Shown here: piece by piece, positions 57,002-57,140 of the stretch
How the letters are laid out: each line of letters begins with the position of its first letter
How positions within the stretch are numbered: the first letter of the stretch is position 1
Assembly: GCF_000142905.1 (NCBI RefSeq)
Contig: NW_013657640.1
Location: 1 to 57,140, forward strand
Direction: 5' to 3'
DNA length: 57,140 nucleotides
DNA from: Thecamonas trahens ATCC 50062
Lineage: Eukaryota; Protista; Apusomonadida
The notes under the pieces: model-generated
The model's database searches: none
Seen by the model: the letters and a program-made list of their open reading frames with translations, nothing else
What the model was told of the DNA's origin: nothing
Translations under genes and position numbers: made by a program

Positions 57002-57140
57002 TCGTCATTCCGGCCGAACAACAACAATCATTGGCTCATGCATTAATTGACGCTGCTCCTCTGCCGGGTGATCATACTCCAGGTAGGGGGAGGGAGGGGG
57101 GGGGGGGGCGGGGGGACGACGTGGACTGTTGTCACGTCCG

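Overview
This is a gene-dense, GC-rich eukaryotic nuclear window with spliceosomal introns (donor mostly GTACGT/GTAYGY, often containing (CA)n or poly-C tracts) and two N-gaps. It is not prokaryotic. Gene content (ciliary MAK/ICK kinase, GR-like 7TM protein, striatin, MGAT5-like GT18) suggests a flagellated heterotrophic protist, possibly an apusomonad such as Thecamonas; the organism call is inference. About 30 protein genes can be modelled, including Taspase1, PP1 inhibitor-2, an MFS transporter, GSK3, GCLC, Rpt1/PSMC2, NCKX, ARFRP1, Psf3, MAK/ICK, V-ATPase B, a RanBP2-ZnF/RING protein, a FYVE protein, TARBP1/Trm3, striatin, eRF1, a CK2-like kinase, glucosidase II alpha and VMP1. Most notable: (1) a bacterial-type CcdA/DsbD transmembrane disulfide-reductant transporter with an extra CxxC module and no evident transit peptide; (2) ten reading-frame breaks in eight genes, each repaired by adding exactly one base, most likely assembly undercalls but recoding or editing is not excluded; (3) a gustatory-receptor-like protein; (4) a candidate HEIP1/REDIC1 meiotic gene; (5) an intron-split start codon in PSMC2; (6) a recurrent GTAAA motif just after stop codons. 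No rRNA, tRNA, CRISPR array or autonomous transposon was recognised.
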